Below are positions 40,125 through 59,507 of a stretch of 64,000 nucleotides of DNA, in pieces (positions within the stretch are counted from its first letter, which is position 1; each line of letters starts with the position of its first letter). The stretch covers positions 17,137,081 to 17,201,080 of the forward strand of contig OZ037766.1 in the NCBI GenBank assembly GCA_964035545.1. The letters are read 5' to 3'. The translations under genes and the position numbers were made by a program. Under the pieces are notes generated by a model. That model ran no database searches. It worked only from the letters and a program-made list of their open reading frames with translations, and was not told where the DNA came from. Origin of the DNA: Bugula neritina. Taxonomy: Eukaryota; Animalia; Bryozoa.

Positions 40125-40770
40125 TTAATGAACTCATAGTTTTAAGGAATAGCAACAAGTATGTCAATACCAGTATGAGCCCAGAAGCTGAGGACTGTGA
40201 GTGTGAGTGCGAGGAGTGACAAATACATAAATTTAAATAATCACAATAACATTAAATTAAGTTAACAGTGAATGAGCAACTCTAAATTATAAGTATAATA
40301 AATTTAATATAATATTATATTTGATAACAATATTAAATTTAATATATATTGAGTTGAAAATTGATATACCTGTAAGACTAACTCTAAGTTATAAGTTAAA
40401 GTTGATTATTATAATTATATAATTATAATAAGTAACTGTAACATATTTTTATTGTAATTATAATTATTATTAAAATAATATATTATATAAAATTAGTAAT
40501 AATAAATAAATAATAGTTAATTATGGTGTCTGGTTAAAATGGCAAAGATAATAATGGCACAAGTGGCAAATTAGGTAAAAATAGCACATTTTTAATATTG
40601 GAGTTTGAGATGGGGGTTTGGGTTTGAAAGGGGGGAGTTTGGGGATAGAGGTTTGAGTTTGGGTTGGGGTTCAAGTGTCGAGGGTTGGGGTTTGGGAAAA
40701 TTTAACATCACTTGTGCCATTTTTACCTGAAATCACTAGTTATGCTACTTAGTGTTTATATTATTATTTA

Positions 40771-42472
40771 AGGAGTGTGACTAAAGTGGGTGCCCACCCG
40801 GTGTCACGGTTCGTGACACCCATTTTAGTCATAAGGGGGAGGGAGTTTGACTAAAATGAGTGTCGCGAACAATTTTCGTTTTTTTTTTAAGAGTTTTAGA
40901 CAGTTGTGAATGTTAAGATTATTGTTAAATAAATCTTCAGTGAATAATGAACATTTCACAATCGTTAAAACTAAAATACATGAATAAATAGTGATAAAAC
41001 TGAAATAATTGTAACAAAAGCAAACTCATTAAGAGTTATCTTTCCTTGTCAAAATATCCATTTTCAACTCAATTTCATTGTTATTTTTGAGATCATAGAC
41101 ATGCTGACTTATGAAACACATACTTTGAACTATTAAAAACGCTGTGAGCAATATTAACAAACAAAAATGTTCAGAAAATGTAAAAACAAAAAACTAAAAA
41201 TCTTTGCGACACCTATTTTAGTCAAAACAGCCACAAATGACTAAAATGGGTGTCACAGTGATTTATGCTTTATTTTTAGCTTTCTGTGTAGTTTTGGATA
41301 CTATAAATATGTCATATTGAAACTTTTACTTGCATTTACTAAAAAAAATTATTAATATTTTTAATACTCATAAATATTAAAGGAAAATGATAAAAACAAA
41401 ACTAGGAACAAAGAGAAAATAATTCTAGGGGGTGTCACTGATGTTTTTGGGTTTTTATTATTATTATACATTATTATATAATACTACTGTCATTTAGGGT
41501 GAAACAGTTATAGTATATTAAAGTTTTTTTAAAGTTTTAATCAACAACCAATTTAACAACAAAAATTGCCAAAAGGCTAAAAAATAAAGCAAAAATCACC
41601 GTGACACCCATTTTAGTCATTTGAGGGGTTTTGACTAAAATTGGTGTCACAAAGATTCTTAGTTTTATTTTCACATTTTCTGAACATTTTTGTTTGTTAA
41701 TATTGCTCTCAGTATTTTTACTGATTTGAAGTATATGGTTCATGAGTCAGTATGTCTAGAAACTAAAAAAATATGAAAATAAGTCAAAATACATGTATAG
41801 AATTTTTTGCGACACCCCCTAGTTTTTGACCCCAAGGGTTTTCACAATGACTTTAATCTTATTTATTCTTATTTCGCAGTTTCGTAACTTTTTAATTACC
41901 CAAGTTGGATTTAAAAATGCAAAAGCAAGTTAATGATGTCAATTGTAAAATTATATCTGTCTTCAATGATAAATGCAAGTCAAAAATTCTTGTGACACCC
42001 ATATTAGTTATTTCAGGTTATTTTAACTAAAATGGGTGTCACGAAAATATTTAATTTTTTTTTAATTTGTTAATATTTTTGTTTTTCCAATATTACTCCC
42101 AGCATTTTTACTAGTTTAAAGTATATGTTTTATAAGTCGGCATGTCTACGATCATAACAACAACAATAAAATTAAGTAGAAATTAAATTTTTGATGACGA
42201 AAGATAACGCTTGACGAATCTGGCTTTTGTTATAAATATTTCAATTTTATCATTATTTATTTATGTATTTTGGTTTAAACAATTATGAAATGTTCACTAT
42301 TCACTGAAGATTTATTTAACAATAATCTCAACAGTCACAACTGTCTAAAAAACTAAAAATAAAACGAAAATTTTTTTGCAACACCCATTTTAGTCAACCC
42401 CCCCTCCCCGTATGACTAAAATGGGTGTCACGTACCGCGACACTGGGTGACCACCCATTTTAGTCACACCCT
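40771..42472. mobile_element. Foldback-type non-autonomous DNA transposon with long TIRs
   Basis: Several hundred bp of terminal inverted similarity (AGG.GTGTGACTAAA.TGGGTG...); many internal GACACCCATTTTAGTCA motifs; TA flanks. Confidence 0.85.
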
Positions 42473-42962
42473 TATTGAAGCATAGTTATTATCATAATTA
42501 TAGTTATTTTATCTTATGAATTTTTGCATACTCAAAAAGTTGTAGTGGGCGTTTTACTAGAACTATAAGTAAATATTGCATTTAAGACTCATTTTTCATT
42601 ACTATTTACATTTTAATTCTAATTATCACTCATCACTCATACTTTTTACATTTTTATTTAGTTTTACTAGAGCTGTAAAAGTGAGCAAAACGTTGCCATA
42701 ATGACACTGATAATGATAGCGAGTTTTCAGCTTCAAGCTCTGCTGTTGTTAAGGAGACTACCTTAATTAAATAATTATTAAATGTTTTTTCAATTTCTAT
42801 GAATTGATATATTTTAATTAGAAATGCTAATATGCAATTGCAGTAACATATGTCTATCTTGTTAAAACTTGGATTCTTTTGTACTTGTGATAGATAAGTG
42901 CAACTATATTGTTGTAAATAGTATTATCGAGGCAACATATTTCTGCTGAATTGTAGGTAATT

Positions 42963-44388
42963 ATGTGGTCTCCTATGGGAAAGAGAGTGCTGCATAGATA
43001 TTTGGCTTCATACAATATTACTAAAACAGCTAGCAGTAGCCTGCACTCCAAATCTCTACCATCTTCTGTCAGAGTTGTAGAAGTTGGGCCTCGTGATGGT
43101 CTTCAGAATGAAAAGTCTCATGTGCCAACTGAAACTAAAGTCGCAATGATTCACAAGCTGATAGACAGTGGCATCAAACATATTGAGGTGACCAGCTTCG
43201 TTTCTCCCAAATGGGTACCTCAGATGAGTGATAACTCTTTAGTGTGTAGTCTACTAGAGCGACGGCCCGGCGTCAAGTATAGTGTGTTGACTCCAAATCT
43301 TAAAGGTTATGAAGCAGCCCTGGCGGCTAAAGTATCTGAGGTGGCCATATTTGCTGCTGCGAGCGAGTCTTTCAGCAAAAAGAATATAAATTGCAGTATT
43401 TCTGAAAGTTTAAAAAGATTTCTTCCTGTATGCGAAGCTGCCAGAAAAGATGGCATTCCAGTGAGAGGCTATGTTTCATGCGTTGTTGCCTGTCCTTATG
43501 AAGGGAAGATAAATCCGAAGGAAGTTGCACAAGTGGCCAGGTATTTGATTAACTATTGATGTATGTCTGATAATAGGTTAGCTTGCGAAAATGAATGACT
43601 TTCTAGCATAAATAAGAATGGGTAACATTCAAGTTGCCCTTCAAACAATCCTCATTCAAGGTTGTTGTTGTTAATATAGTTATTGCTATTTAGTTATTTT
43701 GATTCCTTTTTCATGCTTAGCATATATTATCGTAGTTTATTTATTCTGTAGTTATTAAAGACACACAGATATAGTTTGTATATGGTATTTTCAGAGACCT
43801 GTATGCAATGGGTTGTTGTGAGATTTCACTGGGAGATACAATAGGTGCAGCTACACCAAGTGATATGCAGCTAGTAATCAGAGAAGTTAGTCAACATGTT
43901 CCTTTAGAGAAGTTAGCAGTTCATTGTCATGATACATATGGTCAGGCCTTGGCTAACATATATGCTGCCTTAGAGATGGGCATCAGCATCGTAGACAGCA
44001 GCGTAGCTGGCCTTGGAGGTTTGTCTTGCTTTCATTATATCACATAGTATCAATTCTGTTAAAGACAGAGAAGCATGATTTCATAGTCATGATAAAATGG
44101 CAAGTGTCTTAGATTTAGGTTTTAATCAAGCAATATGTATGCTAACTGCATTTGTATATGAATTTTTATAGTGTGCTTTATGGAACATTAACTATTTCAG
44201 GATGTCCCTATGCGCCTGGTGCTAGTGGAAATGTGGCCACTGAGGATGTAGTCTACATGTTGAATGGTCTCGGAATAGACTGTGGAGTAGATATTAAAAA
44301 GCTTATAGATGCAGGGAACTTTATATCACATGAGCTGAATAGGCAGTCTAGTTCAAAGGTCGCTCAAGCCTTCAACTGTCACTTGTAG
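42963..44388 (+). CDS. HMGCL: Hydroxymethylglutaryl-CoA lyase, 329 aa, 3 coding exons
   Basis: Exons 42963-43540, 43795-44018, 44201-44388; [49 protein letters not shown]. Confidence 0.97.
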
Positions 44389-46404
44389 CTGATGTTGATA
44401 ATTAGTTTATGAGTCAGTACTATGAGTCAGTACTATAGAATCTCTTAGTAAGTTGACCTTTGAGCAGTGATGCGGCTTACTGTGCTGGCACTCATCCTTA
44501 ATATATATATATATATAATATTAATAATTAATGGTTGATCTCAGTTTTACTGCAGTCAGTTTGAAAGTTAGTATTTATTTCGAGCATTTACCTTTTCATC
44601 TTACAAAATTTGCCTGTTTGATTGTCAAAGCTACACTCTTTGAGTAACAACTATTTTTATACTAAATTGATTACAGTAAAGCTCTGAATTTTTATTTGGT
44701 TTTGACAGAATATGGCGCATATTTGCAGTTATAAATTGCAATATATTAATACACGGTCTTGCTTTGCTACTTAGAAGGCAATAATTGGATTGATTAAACA
44801 CAAATGCTAATAGTACTTTTTGTTATGCAGTAATGCAATACAAGTTTTTGTAGCCAGCCAGCTTTTCTTACCTTATTTGTGCATCATCTGCTCAGACTGA
44901 GCTGGTCTTGTTGTTTCTATAAATTGATTGACTCATAATCAGATGGAGTTGTAGTTGAGAGTAAAACTAGTTTATAATACAAACTGGGTTCAGACTTTAA
45001 ATTGGCCCTGTTTCCAAACCGGCTGCAGTGAGACTGGGCTTGGCCCACATGATTTTGTTCTATATATGAAACTAAGGTCAATTTATGAGTAGAATTTTAA
45101 TATAAATTTACTCAAGATTTTCAATTTCACTATTCCACCTTTTTGAAGTTTATTTATTAATACTTTATTTTTAAAATAGGGAAAAATTTAAAAATTATAT
45201 GATTTCATTCAGTTATGCTCTTCATTGTCCACTCGTAATTTAACATCTTTAGACTGTAGTATTTATGAAAACTGTAGTATTTATGAGTCTTGTTGAACAA
45301 AACAGGAAATAAATAAGTGAATGTTGTATAAACGAGTATCTATTTCACTTTAATTTTTCTCAATAATTGTTGCCTACTTTAAGATGAAGTGAAGAAAGGA
45401 TCAATTTTTGAACCCTCATGAATTATCAACTACTTGATGTATCAGCATTTTTCAGTCATATAAGTGCAGTTAATACTGTATGAATAACATCCTCTGTGTG
45501 TATAAATATGTCTCAACAGTGGTTAATTTTTCTCATGGGGCTAATGTTTAATACTGCAATACCGTATATACTTAGTACAATCTGGTTCAGTATATAGTGG
45601 CATTCTTATTATGTGTAAAAAGTGTTTCAGATTTTAATGCCTAACATATAATAAGAAAATCTTATTTAATCTATTGGCTCAGTATAGTTTTAGGTCATAA
45701 CTGGAATAATAGCAGAGATGAAATTATTGTTTCTTTTCATGTTGCTTTCGTTCCACTTGCGTTGTTGTGTGTACAATAAGTTAAGAGGACACTTCATTAA
45801 GAAATTTCAGATGACTTCTCCAGGTATTTACATTCTGATTGAAAGAGAAGCAATAAGGTCAGAATCAGATAATGATAATGGTTATTATGCCTTTTGACAC
45901 ATTATTCTAGTGCAGGGTGTTCATTTTTTCAAATGGAGAGCCACTGAAATGGAATATTCCATGGCAAGGGCCACTTTAAAAATTTAGCTTGCATGGAGGT
46001 CCACAGTGTCAGTATTTTCAAACCACTTTATTCAAAATTCCTATGAATCATGACATAGTGAAGTCGAAACAATTACCGTAGGTTGTTATATGTTTGCAGC
46101 ATATATAATACACACACACACACACGCACATATATTCAAGAGGTGATTTCTGCACTCTAATTCATATATATGTGGCAGATAATTTTATTTGTTATGGCTT
46201 TGAGGGCCACATCAACATAGGTTGGGGGCCATATCTAGCCCTGGGGTCACCTGTTGAACAATACTGGTCTAATTATATAATCTATACATTGAAGCACATA
46301 AAGCATAACTTGCTTGTTAATGTCTTAATTGTTTTCTGCCAATTAATGCAGTTATTTCTGTTGTTTGTACAAATATGCATGCTAGAACATACATCTAATC
46401 ATAT

Positions 46405-46840
46405 TATAACAACTATGCCCTATTAAAGCTTCTGCAGTTGAAGATCAGTAGCTTGGCAAAACTTGACCTGACTCTAGAGTCTAGACATAAAAAAATAAAA
46501 TTACATCAAGGTAAAAGCCGTTAAAATTTTAGACTAGTTAACTTAGTAACAAAAACCAGGAGCCAGGTGTGTCTGGGTGTATGCAAGGTCCTGTTTATAA
46601 AACCTAGCTTGATGTTGATTGGTCTGTAGGTTTCGGCGATGGAGGCCGAGACGGACCGCCGCGCACCCCTGCAAAATTGATTGTGAACGGTGCAGCATTT
46701 CACAGAGTGCTGAGCGTCACACAAAGGAATGCCATAATATAACTTGGCCAGAAATCAATTGATTGGCAGGTGTGTAGACGTGGTCCCTAGTAAGACATAG
46801 GAGGAGAAAGGTAGCATTCATATCCTGCACGGCCATTACA
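46405..46840. mobile_element. Solo LTR-like element
   Basis: TATAAC (degenerate TG)...CCATTACA flanked by ATAT; resembles 7338-7780. Confidence 0.4.
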
Positions 46841-47154
46841 ATATATTATGTTATTTATTATTAGTGTGGGTATTTGATATACATGTTGTAGGTATTTAAC
46901 TTTTTTCCCAAAAAACAAAGTCACTAGTTTTAAAAAATTGCTATTTTATGGTAACATAAATATATTTCAAAACGGAAAATTCATTGTTAGCCTAATTTTT
47001 CTATTAAATTCTAACTTAAAAAATTATTTGAGAGTTTGGTAACTTGGTAGTTTGTAGAATGCATTCCCCGAATTATTCAGAGTTGCATACTTCCGATGTA
47101 AATATTTAAGCGAAAAATAAATTATCGTTATAAATCTATCGTAAAATACATATA

Positions 47155-50100
47155 TGTGACCTGGCACCACAAAACAAGGGATGTATATAAAATGTTGAAA
47201 ACCTAGTTATTAGTATGGAGTGATAGAGCTGAATTTTTTGAACATTTTGCACTTTATTTGAAGTCTCTAGCATAAATAGAACTCGAGATATCAGTATTTA
47301 AAACTTTAACGTTTTTAGAATTTCTAAATTACTGTTTCGAGAAAATCGCGTTTAAAGTTGGTAACTCTAGAATAAGTTGAGAATTATTTGTTTACAATTT
47401 ACAAGCCTTAGCAACGGGTCTTTGTATAATAGGAATAGTGACAAATTTGGTATCAAAATAATTATGAAAGTTTGGGCTTTCTGTTAAACTAAATTTCATG
47501 CTGCCTCAACATAAAATTAGGTCAAATATGGCCACCAAACTTTTTGTCTAATTTATTTGTCAATTCGCTTTTTACTTTGTTTAATGGTTGAAAGGGTTAA
47601 CAATTCCAGCAAAGAAGAGGATGTTTCAGCAAGTTTGTGTGTTGAGATATTTAAATTAGGCATCCAAGTCAGCAGGAAGTCATATAAAACAAAATGGCAG
47701 CTGCTTCCTGTTATAAATTGAATATCTTCCTCTTCTCTAATATATTGTGTAATATATCGAACTGCAGCTATTGAGCTGTGCTGTTTCATAGTTATTGCTT
47801 AATGAGTAGAACACTTATGAGAAAATCATTTGACTATTATGAGATCATTCGAGATTCATTAGTAAATATCTTTATAATCTCTAACGGCAACTAAATTTAG
47901 CAATTGATGTTGAAAATATAAACATAAAATCAGCGATTAGAACTTTTGAGTTTTATTAGGCATTAATATTCACATTTAAAACATCAAATACATTATTTTA
48001 AAAAACTAATTAAATGCAGTAACAAATCCAGCCTGGATACAACCATTATGCTTGAATTAACTCTAATCAAGAAAAGAAAATTAGGTAGCTTCTATGGTTT
48101 TTGCAAAAAAGGCACTTTTCATCTTTCTACTTCCTTGGTCTTCAAAATATGAGTTTACAGAGTATGGACACATAACATCACGTATGTGGCAAAAGCTTCA
48201 TCACTATCATCAGCTGATTTTCTAGCAATTATAGATGCTGCTACTTGACATCTATTCTGCCAATCTACCCACTTATTGTCTATTCCAGAGCTGCAAGTAC
48301 AATGTTGACTTTTTTAAATAACAAAAGAAAACGGTAGCTTGATTAGAAATTATACGCAGTTATATTATAAAAAATTAGTTGGTTAAACAGTCTTGTGGTA
48401 CTATTATGGCAGCAGTTAATTGTCATCCTGCATTTTATCAACATTTAAATGTATTGAATTAAACAGAACAATTTAAATTAAAAAAATTGTTGAAAATTTT
48501 CAAGTACATCATTAAAAGACTGCAAACCTTTTTATGAATGAAATAAGCAGAAGCCATAACCTTGCAAGCCAAAATTCAGAGTGTCTACATTACGAGTGTT
48601 AGATTGATAGGTAGTAGAGTTGTGTAGGTATAAGTCTTCACTCTAATGCTCTCATAAGCCCACTTTCTAAAATGTACAGAATATCGTATTATTCTATATT
48701 AACATAGTATTATCAGTAAATTTACACATTATGCACTTGAATATCTTGCATATCTGCAATTGGCAATTTTGAAGCAATGTCTTTCGATAACTATTAACCA
48801 CTCAGGCATTTAATTGAGTAAAAAAGCTAGCTAAATGCAACTGAATATATTAAAGACATTTACTATAAAATCAATTTGAATTCAATAAATTACTTTAAAA
48901 TATGAATACACTTTTGCTCATCCTTTATAATAAAATTAAAAAGTTTAGACTATTTATGCATTCAGTTAATGTTACTACTCACTAAATAAGACTAAAAGTA
49001 ACTTACTGAAGAACTAAGTCAGTCAACTATAGAATCAATATGAACTCACATTAATATTTCATCATTATACTCATTTACATTTAATCACATTTACCATTTC
49101 AATTTGGTTATAGGTGATACTTTTATCAATATAAATAGGATTACCAATTGAGTTTTGACAGTAACTGTAAGCCTGCATAATGTGATAAAGATTTTATCAT
49201 TATATTTTAAATCAAACTTTGAGCTAATTTGAAAATCACAAAAGGAAACGGTAGTTTGACTAGTAGGCCTAATGTTAATACTAATAGTAATAGTAATAGT
49301 AATCAGTAACTGTATTCACAAAATCTAAGACAGAGGCTAAAAGTTACTAAGAATAAGTCCAATGTAAATTTAAATATCAACTATAGAATAAATCAATAAA
49401 TATAATACTATCAGTATAAGTATCAAGTTTTAAGACCGAAGGCGAAACTCAGAGTCAGACTCAAATAGTGAATTTATAATTATTAATTATTACTTATACT
49501 ATTAATACTTATACTTATATTAATGAGCTACATTTAGTTTTACTGCCAAATACCAGTATCAGTAAATCATGAATAATATTGATTATGATTATCATTATGA
49601 GTAACCGTACCTCAAACTGTGAGTCATAGTGAGTCATTTAAATAGCTACTAGTAATAAGAATAGAATAAGAATAAGAATAGACATACTGATACTCCTAGT
49701 CCTAGTGATAGTATGAATATTAATAAATTGATAACTACAAATAATTCTGGCAACAATTCTAAGTTAATAGCGTAAAGGATGGTTTTGAGTATAATTACCT
49801 GTATTGTTGTGATTTTCAAGCTTGAACGCTAAAGATAAAGATTAAGTTTAGCATTTATCACCAAAGGGCAAAACAGCTCAGTAACTTAAAAGCTAACTTT
49901 GGATGGAGCACGATGAAAAACTAAAACTAGCCTGCGATTTTAAATACGATGCTTCTGACAATGCGAAGAAAGAGGTGTAAACTAAATTCATTTGATAAAA
50001 AATGAATTTGCAAGATCTCACGCTATGAAAATGACTAAAATTGTTTTCTTTCTTTATTTGATAACTTCGCAATTTTTTCATCATTTAAAAAATTGAATGC

Positions 50101-50317
50101 CTCAGTTACCAACTTTAAATGCAATTTTGGAGCTGAAGGAATCATCAAATGCTTACGAAAGTATGATTTTTGAAATCCTTGGATTTTTTTGTATTAGAAA
50201 AGTTTAAAACCTAAAAACTGAAAATTAATTTCAAATTTAAGTATATCCAAATTAAACCTTCATTTACTACACTTTATAAACGCCGCCACATCCCCGGTTT
50301 TGTCGCGACTGGTCACA
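47155..50317 (+). mobile_element. DNA transposon copy 2 with both TIRs; superfamily unassigned
   Basis: TIRs TGTGACCTGGCACCACAAAACAAGGGATGT / ACATCCCCGGTTTTGTCGCGACTGGTCACA, TA-flanked; no intact ORF. Confidence 0.85.
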
Positions 50318-50809
50318 TATTACTGTCGTAGGGCAATAAGTTACTAGGTTACTTTTGCAGTTTCGATTTCAAGGAATCAAATTGATATTAATTATTTACC
50401 GAAATATTATATTTATATTATATAATTTATAGATATGATATATCACATAATATATATATTTCAGAGTTTATAGTCTCTAAAGTTTTATAAATAGTGTATA
50501 GAAAATAACTGTACAAATAATTTATAAACTAACAGTAAGTGTAACAGTAACTAGGTAATACTAATAGTAATTAAACTAAAACTGCTATATTTTCAATGAT
50601 AACATTTAGTTTTACCATGCTAATAAATTATAAAGATTTGACACTATCAGTATGAGTGTGACCATAACTATGTCTATCAGTATGAGTATTAGTATTGTGG
50701 TAAAATTGTGTATATTACAATTGTTGCGTGTATTTCCTTACTATTATTAACTTCATTCCCATGGAATGCGTGTTTTCCTAGCTATATATCATTTACATAG
50801 CCACAGTAT

Positions 50810-51444
50810 TGTAACAGCTAAGTGTTATGTTGGCAATGATGGGATTAGCTATTATTCCCAGCTACTTATTACTACTGACGTGACTGGATTAGCTATTGTT
50901 TCTGACGGCTCACAAGAACACTTATATAATCAAGATAACCGGGATTTCCCTGCGAAGTTCGCTCGATTCGAGCGATTCCTTTGTTCTAGCCCTGCGAATC
51001 CCCTGCGATTCGAGCGAATTCCCTCGAATTCGCACGGAACATTCTAGTTGGACTGTTTCCCAACATATAAAAGGAGGCCCTCATCTCAGTAGATTCAGTC
51101 TTCAGCCAGCAGCACAACAAGACACATCTCGGAGCTACCAAGCCAGGACAATTATACACGTAGTTAATTATCTTATACTTTGTTTACCAGTTTGCTAGTA
51201 AGTTTTCCATAGATGTAAGGAGTTGTCCTCCCTAACTGCTATTTCTGGATTTATATATATTATGGAGTAAATAAAAGGGATTGTGAGTATTACATTTCTT
51301 ATTTATTGTGCATAAATACCCTCCTACAAAGAGTCACTGTGTTCCAAGTACTCTCACAAAGAGTCACTGTGTTCAATCAGCTAGCAACCCACACAAATAA
51401 TTGCATGCAGCGAATTATAACATTCTACGCATAAAATTATTACA
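50810..51444 (+). mobile_element. Solo LTR (Gypsy-like)
   Basis: TGTAA...TTACA termini; GTAT 4-bp TSD; TATAAAA at 51066-51072; AATAAA at 51270-51275; internal short repeats. Confidence 0.75.
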
Positions 51445-52662
51445 GTATCTCTATGACTATCACTATAATGCTCTACGTCTATGACTATGCAGTATGCTGT
51501 AGTATTATTTTTGTTTGAGTTTCAGTTGCTACTAGTACTAACTCTAAGTCAATTTTTCAGCATTTCAAGATAGTTTACAACTTGTAATTGTGCCTTGTGG
51601 TTTGCAAATTTATAATATTCTAGACGTTTACATACACCAAATTTATCAATTTTACCTTTAACTTCAGCCTAAGGTATCTTGCAGCAATGCCTGTGGCTGT
51701 TGTGGTGTTAGACTTGGACTTAGAGTTAGTGACAGAGCAGCTACAACAGCACTTAAGAGCTGTAGTTGCTCGCCATTAAACAAGCTATTTATTTATTTAC
51801 GTATGTATTGCTGGCTCTTAAAGTTTATTGATGCAAAGTATAATAGTCATGATATTAATATTATTTTCATTATGATTATTATTGTTACAGAAACTGTCTT
51901 ATTATTATATCTATTACCCATTTAAGTTTTTGTGTGCAAGGCAAGTTTTTGTGTTTAATCAACAGACTACAGAACTGGATCAAAGTTACAGCAAATTGTG
52001 TTAAGTCAATGGTTAATCAAGTCAAGCCATAGCTCAGCTAAAACATTTTAATCAATGAAGTTAATTTAAGTCAGTTTAATTTGGCTTAAGCATTTTTGAA
52101 ATCTGTTAAAACATGAATTTTAAATTGTGTATTTGCCGGAGTACAGTTTTATTAGTACAGAATTAGTGAGTAGTTATGTACTTTTGTAACTTTTTATCCA
52201 CTGAAGATTTAAACAACTTGAGCTCAGGTCATTTTTTTAGCTTGTCATAAACATATTAGTTTTTATTATTTAGCCAATTACTTAAACATAAAATAAATTT
52301 TTTTAAAGAATACAAATAACCTCAACTCGCTAAAGTTATTTTACTTGCTAGGCTTCAATTTGAAAATATTTTGTTGAGTGATTATTGAGAAAAACCCAAC
52401 AATTTGAAAGCATAGTTGTTTATCTTAGTTTTAGTTATGTCATTTTTGAATATATTTCAAAAATAATTTAATTTGTTAATTATTCTATTAAAATTTATCT
52501 CATCAGGTAATTTTCTAATTTTTTTTGATTACTTTATGTTTTATGAAAAAAGTTTTAGCTATTCTCTTTATAAAGTATCAAGAAGTTGTAAATGTTTTAC
52601 AAAAATGTTTTGGCAATGCTACTATCTACAGAAAATTTCTTACTTTTAGCAGCAAAACGAAA

Positions 52663-57373
<4,711 letters not shown>

Positions 57374-59507
57374 ACTGTTGGGTACATACCCAACCACATG
57401 TCAAATGTAGATTTATTTATAATTTATTATATATAGACTATTTCCATAGCATTATATTTCAACATTTCTTCAAGCTTTTCTTGTACAGACCAAATGGGAG
57501 TTACCAACAAGAAAACTGTGTATTCTTTAGCCATATGTACAAATTTATTTTTATATCAAAATACAATTTAAACAGTAAGTATTACACAAGAGACCATTTA
57601 TGTTGCTGGTTAATTTTAAATTATTATTTTTGACAATACAAACAGTAAATCTTACTATACAATGTTTAGGTCTAGAAATATGATGTACCAAAATACCAGT
57701 TAAGAATATTGAACATCCTGCCACTGCACTGGATCAGCTACCTGCAAATAAACATAATCTTACACAACACAAATATTAAATAATTTGCAGTAAACTTATG
57801 TATTTCATGCAAATTTGAATTATTTGAAAAGATGCATAGATGCACATACTCTTTGATGTAAATTACTGGCAGTTATATATATATATATACTTACAATTAT
57901 CAAAATTAATTATAGGCAAGATTCAAAAAATAAAAAACTACATCATTTATCAAACCACAGCACAAAAAGTTCGCAGTAATTTTCTTTATGCTATCATGTA
58001 TGTTGATCTTACATGGCCAACTAGTAATAGAAGCAAACTGTGTTCATCTAATTTTAATAAAATAAATTATTTGAGTGAGTTTACACAAGAGAAGGCAACT
58101 ATGAAATATATCACAACTGATGTGTAAGTAATAATAATTATTGTATCAATGCAACAAATTTTCCACAATGTAACTAGCTACTGTTAAATTGAAAACTATA
58201 ATGATTGGTTTTGCAAGTTACAACAAAGATAAAAATGGTTTAATTTTCAATAATATGTAAAAAATAGGATGGGCAAAATTTTTTGATAACACATGCAGCC
58301 TAAAAATGTTGACCTAACTTTTGAAATTGAAAATAGAAAAATAAACACAGCCGACAAAATGGCTAATTTATTTTTGGAAGTGAGGTGAAGTTGAGCAACA
58401 TATCAAAAGTACTTAGGTTACATGTGTTATCGAAACCTGGCCTCCAGTAGTAACATTTCAAAGATATTATGTGAATGATGTATATTGCTATATACACTAG
58501 GTATAAATAATTTGAGCAATTCATCAGTATGTAATTGTTTAAAATGTGTGTTCTGCAGCAGTTGATACAGCATAAAAAATATAACTTAAAATAAAAATGC
58601 AAGAGTGGCAGAAGTTAATCATTTGCTAGGAGTAAATATTAAACGAAGTTTACATTTGCAGGAAGATAATACATATATTGAGCCTGCCTATCAACAGTTG
58701 GCAACCATTTAATATAAGATAGGCAAATAGCTACTATGTCTATATAGAATATTTTTTACACATAGCACCAATATGAATTCAGCTAATACATTTAGGTAAA
58801 TTATACTTTATAGAGACAGTAAGAGAGACTACAATTATGGATTATGTAGGCAAGCACGTGGATGGAGATATAGGGCTAATATGGATGTAAATCAATACAA
58901 AAGACTAGAATGCTTGAGTGAAAAGAGCAAAGGCACCTGGTTAAGAAAATGTGTAAATACCGTAAAAAAAATTTTAACAGCTGTTGACGTTTTAATGACT
59001 AAAAGCATAGAACTTAATGTATACACACAGCATACAATAAGTTTAATATAAAAAGTATACCGTGTGCAAAAGACACAAAATATAAATTTAAAGTAAGAAA
59101 CTTGGTTAAAATGGTTCTCAAGTAGTTAAGTACGTTCGGCAGGTGTTTGACTGATACATGTGGCCGCCAGTAGTTTTAGGTGGCAATAACCACTCAATAG
59201 CTCACTGGAAAAGGAAATACATACATTGATAGGTTAACACAGAACCATTTTATTCTACATGTCCAATACTACACCAACTTATCGTAAAACACGCAGATTG
59301 TATCTACACATTTACGGAATGCATTCACATACTTTTACCACAAGAGAAAACAACATAATTCAATTAACTAAAAAGTTGTTCTTTCGCATGAGCTGAGCAC
59401 TTTCTGAAAAAAAAAACCAAACTGCATCAAGGAAAGGAAGATAGAAAGAGTAAACTTGTTAATTTAACTGTACATTTATGATATTGGATAATCACCTGAC
59501 TGAGTTA

